A stretch of 64,000 bases of DNA from Candidatus Bathyarchaeota archaeon (lineage in GTDB: Archaea; Thermoproteota; Bathyarchaeia; Bathyarchaeales; Bathycorpusculaceae), in assembly GCA_026014485.1 (NCBI GenBank), contig JAOZIE010000008.1:160716-224715 (forward strand). Reading direction: 5' to 3'. The position numbers and the translations under genes are program-made. The notes below the pieces were generated by a model, which did no database searches, had not been told where the DNA came from, and saw only the letters and a program-made list of their open reading frames with translations. Shown piece by piece: positions 29,904-38,217 of this stretch; position 1 is the stretch's first letter; each line of letters starts with the position of its first letter.

Positions 29904-30278
29904 ATGACTAAACGAATTATAGTGCCCGCCGTAGACCAATCGGGCTTAGATGCACAAGTTGCACAGCACTTCGGAAGAGCTCCCTTCTTTGCGGTTGTGG
30001 ATTTAGATGAAAACGGAAACGTCCTAAACGTCAAAACCGAAGCAAACACAGGCGAACACACAGGCGGCGTTGGAAGCCCCCACGACATCCTTCTCTCGTT
30101 GAAACCCGATGCAATCGCAGTTTTCGGGATGGGTCCCCGCGGTTTACTAAGCTTTGAAAATGCAGGCGCAACCGTATTGAAAGCTGAAGGAACCACCGTC
30201 AAGGAAGTAATAGCTGCGTTCAAAGCAGGCAAACTGGGAAAGGTTGAAGGCGGCTGCGAACACGCCCACCATCACTAG
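29904..30278 (+). CDS. NifB/NifX-like dinitrogenase FeMo-cofactor-binding domain protein
   Basis: 124 aa. IIVPAVDQSGLDAQVAQHFGRAPFFAVVDLD is the typical N-terminus of this family. Confidence 0.75.
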   Translation: MTKRIIVPAVDQSGLDAQVAQHFGRAPFFAVVDLDENGNVLNVKTEANTGEHTGGVGSPHDILLSLKPDAIAVFGMGPRGLLSFENAGATVLKAEGTTVKEVIAAFKAGKLGKVEGGCEHAHHH

Positions 30279-30400
30279 CTCTGGCAGGCACTCTTAAATC
30301 TAAACTTACGCAAAAGGCTACTGATTAAAGACTGCCTAAAGTTAAGGCAATTTGGATAGAAAATATCAAATTGAACGTGGATAACTAAACTCCTATAGAG

Positions 30401-30946
30401 GTGAAAACCACGAAAACAGCTTTAATCCTTTATTCTTCAAATACGGGTAACACCGAAAAAGTAGCTCAAGCCATACGTTCCGGGCTAGAAGACGCAGGCG
30501 TCCAAGTAACCTTCAAGAAACCTGAAGCAGCTGCAGATGTTGATTACTTCAACTTTGACCTTGTGTGTGTTGGGTCACCCGCGATACAGTGGCATCCTAC
30601 CAAGCAGATGGATGACTTCCTCAAAAGCAAGATGAATGAGTACCGCAAGCAAGGTAAAATCAAGCCGTGTGCTCCAAAAGTTGCAGGCAAAAACTTGCTT
30701 GTCTTCGTGACCTACACTGGCCCTCACACGGGACTGGACGAGGCGACACCCGCTGGCAAGTACATGGCGCAGTTTTTTGCACATGTTGGCTTCAACATCA
30801 TTGATGAATGGTACATTCTGGGCGAGTTCCATGGCAACGAGGCAAACAGCACCCAAGGCAGAATGGGTGATGTCAGGGGAAAACCCACTGCTGAAGAACT
30901 GCAGAAAATCAAGGAAGGCGCCAAGGCTTTAGCCTCCACCCTCTAA
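30401..30946 (+). CDS. Flavodoxin-family protein
   Basis: 181 aa. ALILYSSNTGNTEKVAQAI (FMN phosphate loop) and VGSP motifs. GTG start. Confidence 0.75.
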   Translation: MKTTKTALILYSSNTGNTEKVAQAIRSGLEDAGVQVTFKKPEAAADVDYFNFDLVCVGSPAIQWHPTKQMDDFLKSKMNEYRKQGKIKPCAPKVAGKNLLVFVTYTGPHTGLDEATPAGKYMAQFFAHVGFNIIDEWYILGEFHGNEANSTQGRMGDVRGKPTAEELQKIKEGAKALASTL

Positions 30947-30951
30947 TTTTT

Positions 30952-32268
30952 TTATTCCATCGTATTTAGAAAAACTGGTTCATCCTGCTTTTCTCTATCG
31001 ATAACTAGTCTGCCGTTAGCTATCACTTTGTCAACCAAGTTGACGCCGAAATTGTAGCCTAAATGCTTGTGGTTAGGCACATTCAAGATAGCAATGTCCG
31101 CTCGTTTGCCCACTTCTAAACTTCCTACCTCGCCTGCACGGCAAATTGCATGTGCCGCGTTTATGGTTGCGGCTGTTATGGCTTCGGCGGGCGTCATGCG
31201 CATGAAGTGGCAAGCCATAGCGATGACGAGTTGCTGGTTCAGGACCCAGTTGCCCGCGTTGAAGTCTGTTCCTAACGCCACTGGAACCCCGCTGTTAATC
31301 ATCATCCGCGCGTCAGGATAATGGTTCATCATTAAACTGAACGTTGCCGCGGGAAGCAGAACTGCCACGACTCCTTTTTTCGCCATAGCCTTCAAACCTT
31401 CCGCAGAGGCATAATTCAGATGGTCCGCTGAAACTGCACCTATGTCAGCAGCAATTTCTGCTCCGCCTAGAAGGCTCATGTGGTCCGCGTGTATTTTAGG
31501 CTTCAAACCCACGCTTTTGCCCTTCACAAGTATGCGTTTGGCTTGTTCCATGCTGAAGAAGCCTCTTTCGCAGAAAACATCGCAGAACTCCGCCATTCCT
31601 GACGCAGCCGCTTTCGGAAGGGTCTCTTCTATGAGTTGATCAACGTATTCGTCAATGTTGTTCTTGAATTCGTAGGGCACCGCGTAGGCTCCCATGAAGG
31701 TAGATGCCATGTACATGCAGTGAAGCCGATTGATGCGCCGCGTAACCTGCAGTAGTTTTATTTCATCTTCAGTGGTTAAGCCGTAGCCACTTTTCGCCTC
31801 CACCGTTGTGGTTCCGTGGGCAAGCATGATATCCAGCCTTTCCAAGGCGCGTTCAACCAGCTTCTCAGCTTTGGTTCTCTGCGTCTCCCTAGCCGTCTTC
31901 AGAACAGCATTACCGCTGTTTAGAATCTCCATAAAAGACGCGCCCTCAACATACCTCTCAAATTCGTCTTCGCGTGAACCAGCAAAAACCAGATGCGTGT
32001 GTGGGTCTACAAAGCCGGGAAGAACAGTTTTCCGTTTAGCATTCAAAACGCTTCGGCCACGGAAGGCTTTGGTGATTTCGCGGGTTTTGCCAACCGCTAC
32101 TATCCTGCCCTCATGCACAGCTATAGCTCCGTCGCGGATGATTCCGAGTTCCCGCATCTGTTTGCCTGTGCGTGGTGTTTGGCTTCCGCCGGCTAACGTC
32201 AGCGTTTCTTCGGCGTTTACGATGAGGATGTCAACGATTTCCCGTTTTTTGCTCCGTTGAGGCTTCAT
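30952..32268 (-). CDS. hutI: Imidazolonepropionase-like amidohydrolase
   Basis: 438 aa. LPGFVDPHTHLVFAGSREDEF, HADH, SADHL, GTDFN motifs match HutI-type metal sites. Confidence 0.8.
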   Translation of the reverse strand: MKPQRSKKREIVDILIVNAEETLTLAGGSQTPRTGKQMRELGIIRDGAIAVHEGRIVAVGKTREITKAFRGRSVLNAKRKTVLPGFVDPHTHLVFAGSREDEFERYVEGASFMEILNSGNAVLKTARETQRTKAEKLVERALERLDIMLAHGTTTVEAKSGYGLTTEDEIKLLQVTRRINRLHCMYMASTFMGAYAVPYEFKNNIDEYVDQLIEETLPKAAASGMAEFCDVFCERGFFSMEQAKRILVKGKSVGLKPKIHADHMSLLGGAEIAADIGAVSADHLNYASAEGLKAMAKKGVVAVLLPAATFSLMMNHYPDARMMINSGVPVALGTDFNAGNWVLNQQLVIAMACHFMRMTPAEAITAATINAAHAICRAGEVGSLEVGKRADIAILNVPNHKHLGYNFGVNLVDKVIANGRLVIDREKQDEPVFLNTME

Positions 32269-32483
32269 ATCCTTTGGCCTCTTGGCTTGAGCTGCTGAAT
32301 TGTCACTGTTGTTTTTTGGCGGTTCGGAGCCGCCGTGGTAGTTGATTGGCTATCTATAACCGTAGATTGGCGGATGCATGCTTCCGAAAACATAAAGTAT
32401 GCTTTGCTTTCTACTTGGTAATATACGTTACCCAAAGATGCGGCAACGGTAACAAGAAAAACTAAAAGCCAACGTTTAACCAT
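32265..32483 (-). CDS. Possible small membrane/secreted protein translationally coupled to hutI
   Basis: 72 codons from ATG 32483. N-terminal hydrophobic helix MVKRWLLVFLVTVAASLG. Its stop overlaps the hutI start as ATGA, and it fills an otherwise empty 250-bp gap. The RBS is weak. Confidence 0.35.
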   Translation of the reverse strand: MVKRWLLVFLVTVAASLGNVYYQVESKAYFMFSEACIRQSTVIDSQSTTTAAPNRQKTTVTIQQLKPRGQRI

Positions 32484-32518
32484 ACATTTTCCAACAGCCT
32501 CGGCTGGCGGCGCAGAAA

Positions 32519-33124
32519 ATGGTGACACAAAAAATTCTCTATGAAGCCCCAAACTGGAACCAGATATTTAGCATGCTGCTTGAGCTAAGCCATCGTGTGT
32601 GCAGCAGCGGCTTCAAACCCGACGTCATCGTTGGCGTCTGCAGAGGCGGCTGGATTCCCGCACGTATCCTTTCGGACCTGATGGAGAACGTAAACCTTAC
32701 AAGCGTCAAAGTTGAATACTATTTGGGAATTGGTCAGGCGCGTAGCCGCCCAGTTTTGACACAGCAACTCTCAGCGGACATCTCGGGCAAAAAGGTGCTT
32801 GTCGTCGACGAAGTGGCGGATTCTGGGGCAAGCCTGACGCTTGTCACTGCTCACGTGCTGGAGCAAGGCGCCCAAGAGTTGAAGACAGCCACACTCTACT
32901 GCAAACCCAAATGCTCCTTCAAACCCGACTACTGTGCCAAAACAACCGACAGTTGGGTGGTTTTCCCTTGGGAAATTAAAGAAACCCTCCGCGAAATTTT
33001 GGAGGCAAACAAAGCTGACCCCGCACAAACAAAAAGAGAACTAGCGCGGCTCTCCGAGGCTGGTGTGCCGCAAGGTTTGATAGCGGGGTTCCTCAAAGAG
33101 TTTTCCGAGTTGAGCACATGCTGA
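32519..33124 (+). CDS. Purine phosphoribosyltransferase (hypoxanthine/guanine type)
   Basis: 201 aa. VIVGVCRGGWIPARILSD and the PRPP loop VLVVDEVADSGASL. Confidence 0.8.
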   Translation: MVTQKILYEAPNWNQIFSMLLELSHRVCSSGFKPDVIVGVCRGGWIPARILSDLMENVNLTSVKVEYYLGIGQARSRPVLTQQLSADISGKKVLVVDEVADSGASLTLVTAHVLEQGAQELKTATLYCKPKCSFKPDYCAKTTDSWVVFPWEIKETLREILEANKADPAQTKRELARLSEAGVPQGLIAGFLKEFSELSTC

Positions 33125-33684
33125 AGGCTTTGGAGGAATACGGGAAATTCGTGGAAATTTGCGGATTCAGAAAACCCCAAATTAATGATGCTAAAGCCTT
33201 CTTGGATACGTTAAGCAAAGACTTGCCCGCAGGCGTTGAGGTTCAGTTGTTCAACGCTGATTTAGTGGCGACTTGGCAGCACCTGTACTTTGCCGCCCTA
33301 AATGCCCTTGTAGCTTTCAAAACCAACCGTAGCCTATCAAAAAGCCTCGCCGTTGAATCGGCGCTTTATGCTTCGGCGCAGCGGCAAATCAAGAAAGCCA
33401 TCGAATTAATCGGTATAAAACCTGAAACAGAAAACGTAGCGGTTATGGTGATGGGTTCCGATGCGTTTTCGGTGGAAACGGGCTTTTTAGCGGTTGCAAA
33501 ACGCATGGGCGTGGAACCCGACGAGGCGGTGCTGGAGCTTTCAGAAGCCAAAACGCAGAAAATCCGAAGCGCCTTTGACGTTTCTGATGTGGAACTCGCG
33601 ACGGTTTCTTCCCGTAGCGACGTCAGGCAGACGCTGGTGGACCTAGTCGTTGAAAGAGTCGCTTTGCTCTCTACCCAGCTCTGA
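33118..33684 (+). CDS. cgi121: KEOPS complex subunit Cgi121
   Basis: 188 aa. VQLFNADLVATWQHLYFAALNA and ASAQRQIKKAIELIG closely parallel my recollection of M. jannaschii Cgi121 (FQILNADVVATKKHVLHAINQA ... ASGQRQIHEAIKIIG). Confidence 0.75.
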   Translation: MLKALEEYGKFVEICGFRKPQINDAKAFLDTLSKDLPAGVEVQLFNADLVATWQHLYFAALNALVAFKTNRSLSKSLAVESALYASAQRQIKKAIELIGIKPETENVAVMVMGSDAFSVETGFLAVAKRMGVEPDEAVLELSEAKTQKIRSAFDVSDVELATVSSRSDVRQTLVDLVVERVALLSTQL

Positions 33685-33687
33685 GGC

Positions 33688-34212
33688 TTAGAGCATTTTC
33701 TCTTTTTGCACGCTTATGATGTCTTGAGGTTTCAGCAGTGACACCCCTGTGAATCCGCCGAGCACCTCAATGAGCAAAACTTTGTCGGGTTTTTCAAGTT
33801 CCACCTTGTTTTTCACGTTTGCAGCGACAGCTTCGATGAGGTCGCGGCTGTGGATGTTGGTGAATCGTTTCTCCACGGTCACGCGGAACGTTTCTGTTTC
33901 TTCTAGACCCGTGATGAGTTCGGTTGCTGCGTTTTTTATCTCTTCAAGTTCTGTGTGGACGACTTTTTCGATGGGGATTATTCTGAGTGCGTAGCGGAAT
34001 TCGAAGGGGCGCTCCTGCAGCAGGCTGTGGAGTTTCTCGACTGCTTCCACGGGGGTCAACGCGGTTTTTGCGACGACTAAGCCACGTATGCCTGTCTTGT
34101 CCACTTTAGGTTCCGCATCGCCTGCCTCTTTAAGCAGGAAAGAAAGCTCATAGCACATCTGGCGTTCATTTCCACGCATCGTTGACGCTAACACGTTAAA
34201 GTCCGACAGCAC
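33688..34212 (-). CDS. THUMP-domain RNA-binding protein
   Basis: 174 aa. ETFRVTVEKR...IHSRDL and LIEVLG pattern typical of stand-alone THUMP proteins. Confidence 0.65.
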   Translation of the reverse strand: MLSDFNVLASTMRGNERQMCYELSFLLKEAGDAEPKVDKTGIRGLVVAKTALTPVEAVEKLHSLLQERPFEFRYALRIIPIEKVVHTELEEIKNAATELITGLEETETFRVTVEKRFTNIHSRDLIEAVAANVKNKVELEKPDKVLLIEVLGGFTGVSLLKPQDIISVQKEKML

Positions 34213-34412
34213 CTTACTGTAACTCCGCTTAGCATTTGGTGCAGCGAAGCTTATTTCTGTTTGTTTCTATCCCCGAGAGGGATTCTGTAGCTGCTTTTGC
34301 GTTGGCGCTGAAATTTTTTCTGCCGTAGTTTAGTCAATTTTTCTTGTCAAAGTTTTTCTTGTCAAAAACACCTATTAACCCTGTGCGGGGCGTTATTTTT
34401 GAGGAATGAATT

Positions 34413-36617
34413 ATGCTGAAGCGTACAGCAACGTTCTTCGCGTTTTTGCTGATTTTGTCCACTTTGGCGGCAGTTGTGCTGCCAGCTAACTTTGCTTATT
34501 CAACCGTGGAGACCTCCAGTTCAGAGCCGACTGGTTCTGGACCTGTTATTCATTCAGTTAGCCCAATTTCAGCCGTCCGCCTGCAGATTATACGTATCGA
34601 AGGTGTTGGATTCGGGAACACCCAACCTGTGACCATGAGCCTCGGAGATGGCTCCATCAACACGGTTGGCGGTGGCAGAAACCTGCCTGGCAGTGCTGGG
34701 ACTCCTGTCATTCAGGTGCATGACGAGGATAGGAACGCTTGGCAGGCTGGCGTTCAGGATTCGCCTGGTTCCGCGTGGTGTTCAATTGGGATTTTTTTGG
34801 TGAGTTGGTCAGATACTGAGATAGTGCTGGGCGGCTTCGGTTCAGCTCTTAGCACTTCAGGTTACGGACAATGGAGCATCATGCCTGGAGACCCGATGCG
34901 GATTGTAGTTATCACGTCTCAAGGTACAGCGACATACAATACCGTGGTCAATTCAGATGGCGGTGCCCCATCAACTCAACCGACGCCGACGCCAACGCCA
35001 ACTCGAACGCCTCCCACAATTTCCGCAGTTAGCCCGATTGCCCCTGTTCGCCTGCAGACTATCTACATTAACGGTAGCGGCTTTGGGGATGTGCCGCCTC
35101 AAACAATAGAGTTGGGCAACGGCTCCGTGGACACCATCGACGGCTTAGCTACGCCAGTTATTCAAATCCGCGATAATGCTATGTGGGGCGGCTGGACGGC
35201 AGGCTACGCCAGTGCAAGCGACATAAACGGCATTGGGATATTCCTTCAAAGCTGGTCAGATAACCTTGTAGTGCTGGGCGGTTTTGGGTCGCGGCTTGGT
35301 ACTAACGGCGAAATATCTTGGTGCATAATGTCTGGTGACCCAATCGATATATTGGTGAAAACTACAGAGGGCGTCGCCTTTTTTAGCACTGCAGTTACTG
35401 GTTCACCAGCGAGGGTAAATCAAACTTTCAGCGGTCCAGCACCCGTAATTTCTTCGGTTAGCCCAATTGTTGCTTCACAAACGCAGACCATACACATCTT
35501 CGGTAGCGGCTTTGGGGATGTGCCGCCCCGCATTGAAAGCCTTGGCGACGGCTCCGTAAATACTGTGGGCGGAGGAAGCACCCCTATAATTCAAATCCAC
35601 GATGATGGGTGGAAAGGCTGGCAGGCAGGCGTCCGAGATTCTCCACAGTCAGGCGCCTGTGCCATAGGGGTAGTTCTCACGAAATGGTCTGACACTGAAA
35701 TTGTTTTAGGCGGATTCGGCTCAGCGCTTTCACTCACTGAGCAGGGTCTCTGGAACATAATGGTGGGTGACCCGATGCGAATTGTCATTTGGACATCAGG
35801 TGGGATAGCAACCTACAATACAACAGTGGTATCCGACGGCGAACCCCAACCTAAACCTACCCCGACTCCAACGGCTCCCCCTGCTCCTCCCGTGCCCACC
35901 GTGGACATATCCTGCCAAAGCTCCACAACCGACTCAACCTCCAAAGTAACAATCGCGGGGAACGTAACCTATAATGGAACAGGCTTGCAGGGGCTTCCAG
36001 TTATGCTTTCCTACAGCGTCAACGGCGGCAACTCATGGAGCGACTTGACCCTGGTAAACACCGACAGCAACGGCGGCTTCATCGCGGTTTGGACGCCTCT
36101 CGTGACAGGCAACTTCTTAATCAAAGCTATCTGGGCAGGCAACTCCACGTATGGCCGAACAGCCGCGCAGGTGAATCTGGTGGTGACGCCTTTGGGAAGG
36201 CAAAGCGTTTTCTCAATAACGTCAAACTCCACCGTTTCAGTGTTCCAGTTTGACGCAGCAGCCCAAGAGATAACCTTAACCGTCAGCGGCGAAACGGGCA
36301 CCACGGGATTCATTGATTTATGCATCGCCAAATCGCTCGTAGCTGATGTCTCCGATTTCAAAGTGTACCTTGACGGTAACCCGCAAACCTGCAATTATAC
36401 GTCTCAGGGAGATTCGTGGCTGCTCTCGTTTAGCTACCACCACAGCACCCACCAAGTAACCATCAACATAGACACAACCGAGGCGGACTATGCTCAAAGT
36501 CAGGAAGCGAACTGGGTTTCTATTGTGGGCGTAGCCGCAGCTTTTGCAGCCGCGTTGTTTGCATTGTTAGCTGTTTTGGCTTTGCTGAGAAAAAGAAAAC
36601 CTGCGGTCACCGCGTAA
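34413..36617 (+). CDS. Secreted surface protein: three tandem approx. 145-aa Ig/IPT-like repeats + shared stalk module + TM anchor
   Basis: 734 aa. Signal peptide FFAFLLILSTLAAVVLPANFA. Three internal repeats, PT-rich linkers, and the C-terminal helix IVGVAAAFAAALFALLAVLALL followed by RKRK. Confidence 0.85.
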   Translation: MLKRTATFFAFLLILSTLAAVVLPANFAYSTVETSSSEPTGSGPVIHSVSPISAVRLQIIRIEGVGFGNTQPVTMSLGDGSINTVGGGRNLPGSAGTPVIQVHDEDRNAWQAGVQDSPGSAWCSIGIFLVSWSDTEIVLGGFGSALSTSGYGQWSIMPGDPMRIVVITSQGTATYNTVVNSDGGAPSTQPTPTPTPTRTPPTISAVSPIAPVRLQTIYINGSGFGDVPPQTIELGNGSVDTIDGLATPVIQIRDNAMWGGWTAGYASASDINGIGIFLQSWSDNLVVLGGFGSRLGTNGEISWCIMSGDPIDILVKTTEGVAFFSTAVTGSPARVNQTFSGPAPVISSVSPIVASQTQTIHIFGSGFGDVPPRIESLGDGSVNTVGGGSTPIIQIHDDGWKGWQAGVRDSPQSGACAIGVVLTKWSDTEIVLGGFGSALSLTEQGLWNIMVGDPMRIVIWTSGGIATYNTTVVSDGEPQPKPTPTPTAPPAPPVPTVDISCQSSTTDSTSKVTIAGNVTYNGTGLQGLPVMLSYSVNGGNSWSDLTLVNTDSNGGFIAVWTPLVTGNFLIKAIWAGNSTYGRTAAQVNLVVTPLGRQSVFSITSNSTVSVFQFDAAAQEITLTVSGETGTTGFIDLCIAKSLVADVSDFKVYLDGNPQTCNYTSQGDSWLLSFSYHHSTHQVTINIDTTEADYAQSQEANWVSIVGVAAAFAAALFALLAVLALLRKRKPAVTA

Positions 36618-36992
36618 CACTTATTTCACAAGCTATTGACTTGACGCCCCAGAGAGGTCTCTCCTCCTCTTCTGCTGCAATGATTGGCTAATAGGCTCCA
36701 AATATGACCGTGCCTTCCCCTTGGGTCAGTTTTGGTTTGGCTTATTTCACTGCTCCCTTTCGGGGCTCCTAGCCGTCGCCTCACATCATCCCCACCTGAA
36801 AATCGTTGTACAGGGGATTTATCCATTTTGCTTGGGGCACTGTGAAATTTTTTTGGAGAAGAACTTGTGCAGAAAAGCCTTTACTCTCCGTGGATGTCTG
36901 CTGGAATCTACGTCAGTTGACGAATAATAATGTTTAAACTGTGGCTGTGCAAGGTAAACTATACCGCCAGAAAACGCGGAGGTGAAAAAGAC

Positions 36993-37064
36993 ATGGTGTT
37001 CATCGAAGAAGACGAAGAATGGGAAGAAGGCGAAGAGGAAGAGTGGGAAGAAGAGGAATGGTAA
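36993..37064 (+). CDS. Candidate 23-aa hyper-acidic mini-protein MVFIEEDEEWEEGEEEEWEEEEW
   Basis: ATG preceded by GGAGGTGA with 7-nt spacing, and a T-run downstream of the stop. Below the ORF-track length cutoff. No homology is assessable. Confidence 0.35.
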   Translation: MVFIEEDEEWEEGEEEEWEEEEW

Positions 37065-37212
37065 ACTCCGTAAGTGCACTTTTGTGCCTTAAACGTCTTT
37101 TTTATTACATTAGTCTTAATGGTGCGCCTCCATCTCTGCAGGTAAACATTTTTTTCTGTTTCCAAAAAACTTTTACCCCCTAACGTTCACCTTTTTGTGA
37201 GGTGAAACCAGA

Positions 37213-37362
37213 ATGGGCATGAAACTGACGGTTGACGGCAAAGAAATCCCGCTGAACGACTTTGTCTCCAACTTCGTCCAAGGCACCGTAATCGGGGGCG
37301 TCTCGTCTCTGAAAGGCATAAAGGACAACTGGAAAAAAATCGAAATTGAGGTCACAAAATAA
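37213..37362 (+). CDS. Candidate 49-aa small protein (MGMKLTVDGKEIPLNDFVSNFVQGTVIGGVSSLKGIKDNWKKIEIEVTK)
   Basis: ATG preceded by GAGGTGA with 7-nt spacing, the same SD context as the mini-ORF at 36993. Non-repetitive, balanced composition. Confidence 0.45.
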   Translation: MGMKLTVDGKEIPLNDFVSNFVQGTVIGGVSSLKGIKDNWKKIEIEVTK

Positions 37363-37375
37363 AAGAAAAGACGGG

Positions 37376-37936
37376 TTAGCTGAAAAACTTGACTTTTGTT
37401 TTTATCTCTGTGAACATTTCCTTTTTTGCCTTGCAGATAGGGCACACGTACGGGGGGTCTTCCCTGAAAACCACGTAGCCGCACTGTTTGCAGTACCACA
37501 GTTTAGGGATCAACTCCACAAGCTCTTCTCTTTCCTCCGCCGCTGGGGGTTCGTTTTCTTTTTTCTGGGCGGGTTTAGGTGTACTTGCGGCTTGGAACGC
37601 CCTTGCCTGTTTCGCTATGGGTCTGCGTTCGGGGACGCTGGGTAACTCCTTTTTGCCTTCGTAGATGTCTTTGTTGACGTAGAGTCTACAGTAGCAGGTG
37701 CCGTATTCGGCTACGTCGGGGTCGCGGTAGTCACAGGGACAAATGATGTCGCGGTCAAAGCTGAACTCGCCTGAAGCCAACCTACACGGGCAAGACGGGT
37801 AGCCGTAGCGGTCTTCGTTGATTTTTAAGCCCTCCATAAGACCCTGCAAAAGCTCCGCGTCGTTAACCAAAAAGTAGCCGAAGGTTTTTGCGTCTGCCTC
37901 CGCCCGCTTCCGAGTCTGCTCTATTGTATGCGTCAA
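37376..37936 (-). CDS. Ferredoxin:thioredoxin-reductase catalytic-subunit-like protein fused to a C-terminal rubredoxin-type zinc ribbon
   Basis: 186 aa. CPCR...CPCDYR...CYCRLY is the FTR catalytic [4Fe-4S]/disulfide motif set. The C-terminal YCKQCGY...YVCPICKA is rubredoxin-like. A P/A/K/E-rich linker joins them. Confidence 0.8.
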   Translation of the reverse strand: MTHTIEQTRKRAEADAKTFGYFLVNDAELLQGLMEGLKINEDRYGYPSCPCRLASGEFSFDRDIICPCDYRDPDVAEYGTCYCRLYVNKDIYEGKKELPSVPERRPIAKQARAFQAASTPKPAQKKENEPPAAEEREELVELIPKLWYCKQCGYVVFREDPPYVCPICKAKKEMFTEIKTKVKFFS

Positions 37937-38217
37937 AGCTCCAGTGCCTCCTTCAAAAGGTCCTTGCGGAAGCCCGTGATTACTTTTTTGTCGTCCACTA
38001 TGGTGGTGGGGTAGCTGAGGCTGCCGCCTTTATCTTGAATGGTCCTGCGGATTTTTTCTTTGTCTTCTTCGGTGCAGAGGTCTACATCCACGTATTCAAA
38101 CTCGACGCTGTTATCTTTGAGGTACTGCTTGGTCATTTTGCACCAGACGCAAGTGCTGAGCGTGTACAGGAAAACCTTATGATTATTGTACTTTCCAGTA
38201 ACTTTAGAAATGTTCAT
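37933..38217 (-). CDS. Glutaredoxin/thioredoxin-fold protein (CVWC active site)
   Basis: 94 aa. LYTLSTCVWCKMTKQYL...VEFEYVDVD...YPTTIV is the glutaredoxin-like pattern. Its stop overlaps the FTR-like gene start by 4 nt. Confidence 0.8.
   Translation of the reverse strand: MNISKVTGKYNNHKVFLYTLSTCVWCKMTKQYLKDNSVEFEYVDVDLCTEEDKEKIRRTIQDKGGSLSYPTTIVDDKKVITGFRKDLLKEALEL

Noticed and set aside
36819-37165. Minus-strand ORFs 36819..37079 and 36959..37165 (F/S/H-rich)
   Set aside because: These are low-complexity translations of the complement of the GAA/GAG-rich tract. They have no RBS. The plus-strand mini-ORF with a strong SD is the more parsimonious reading, itself only tentative.
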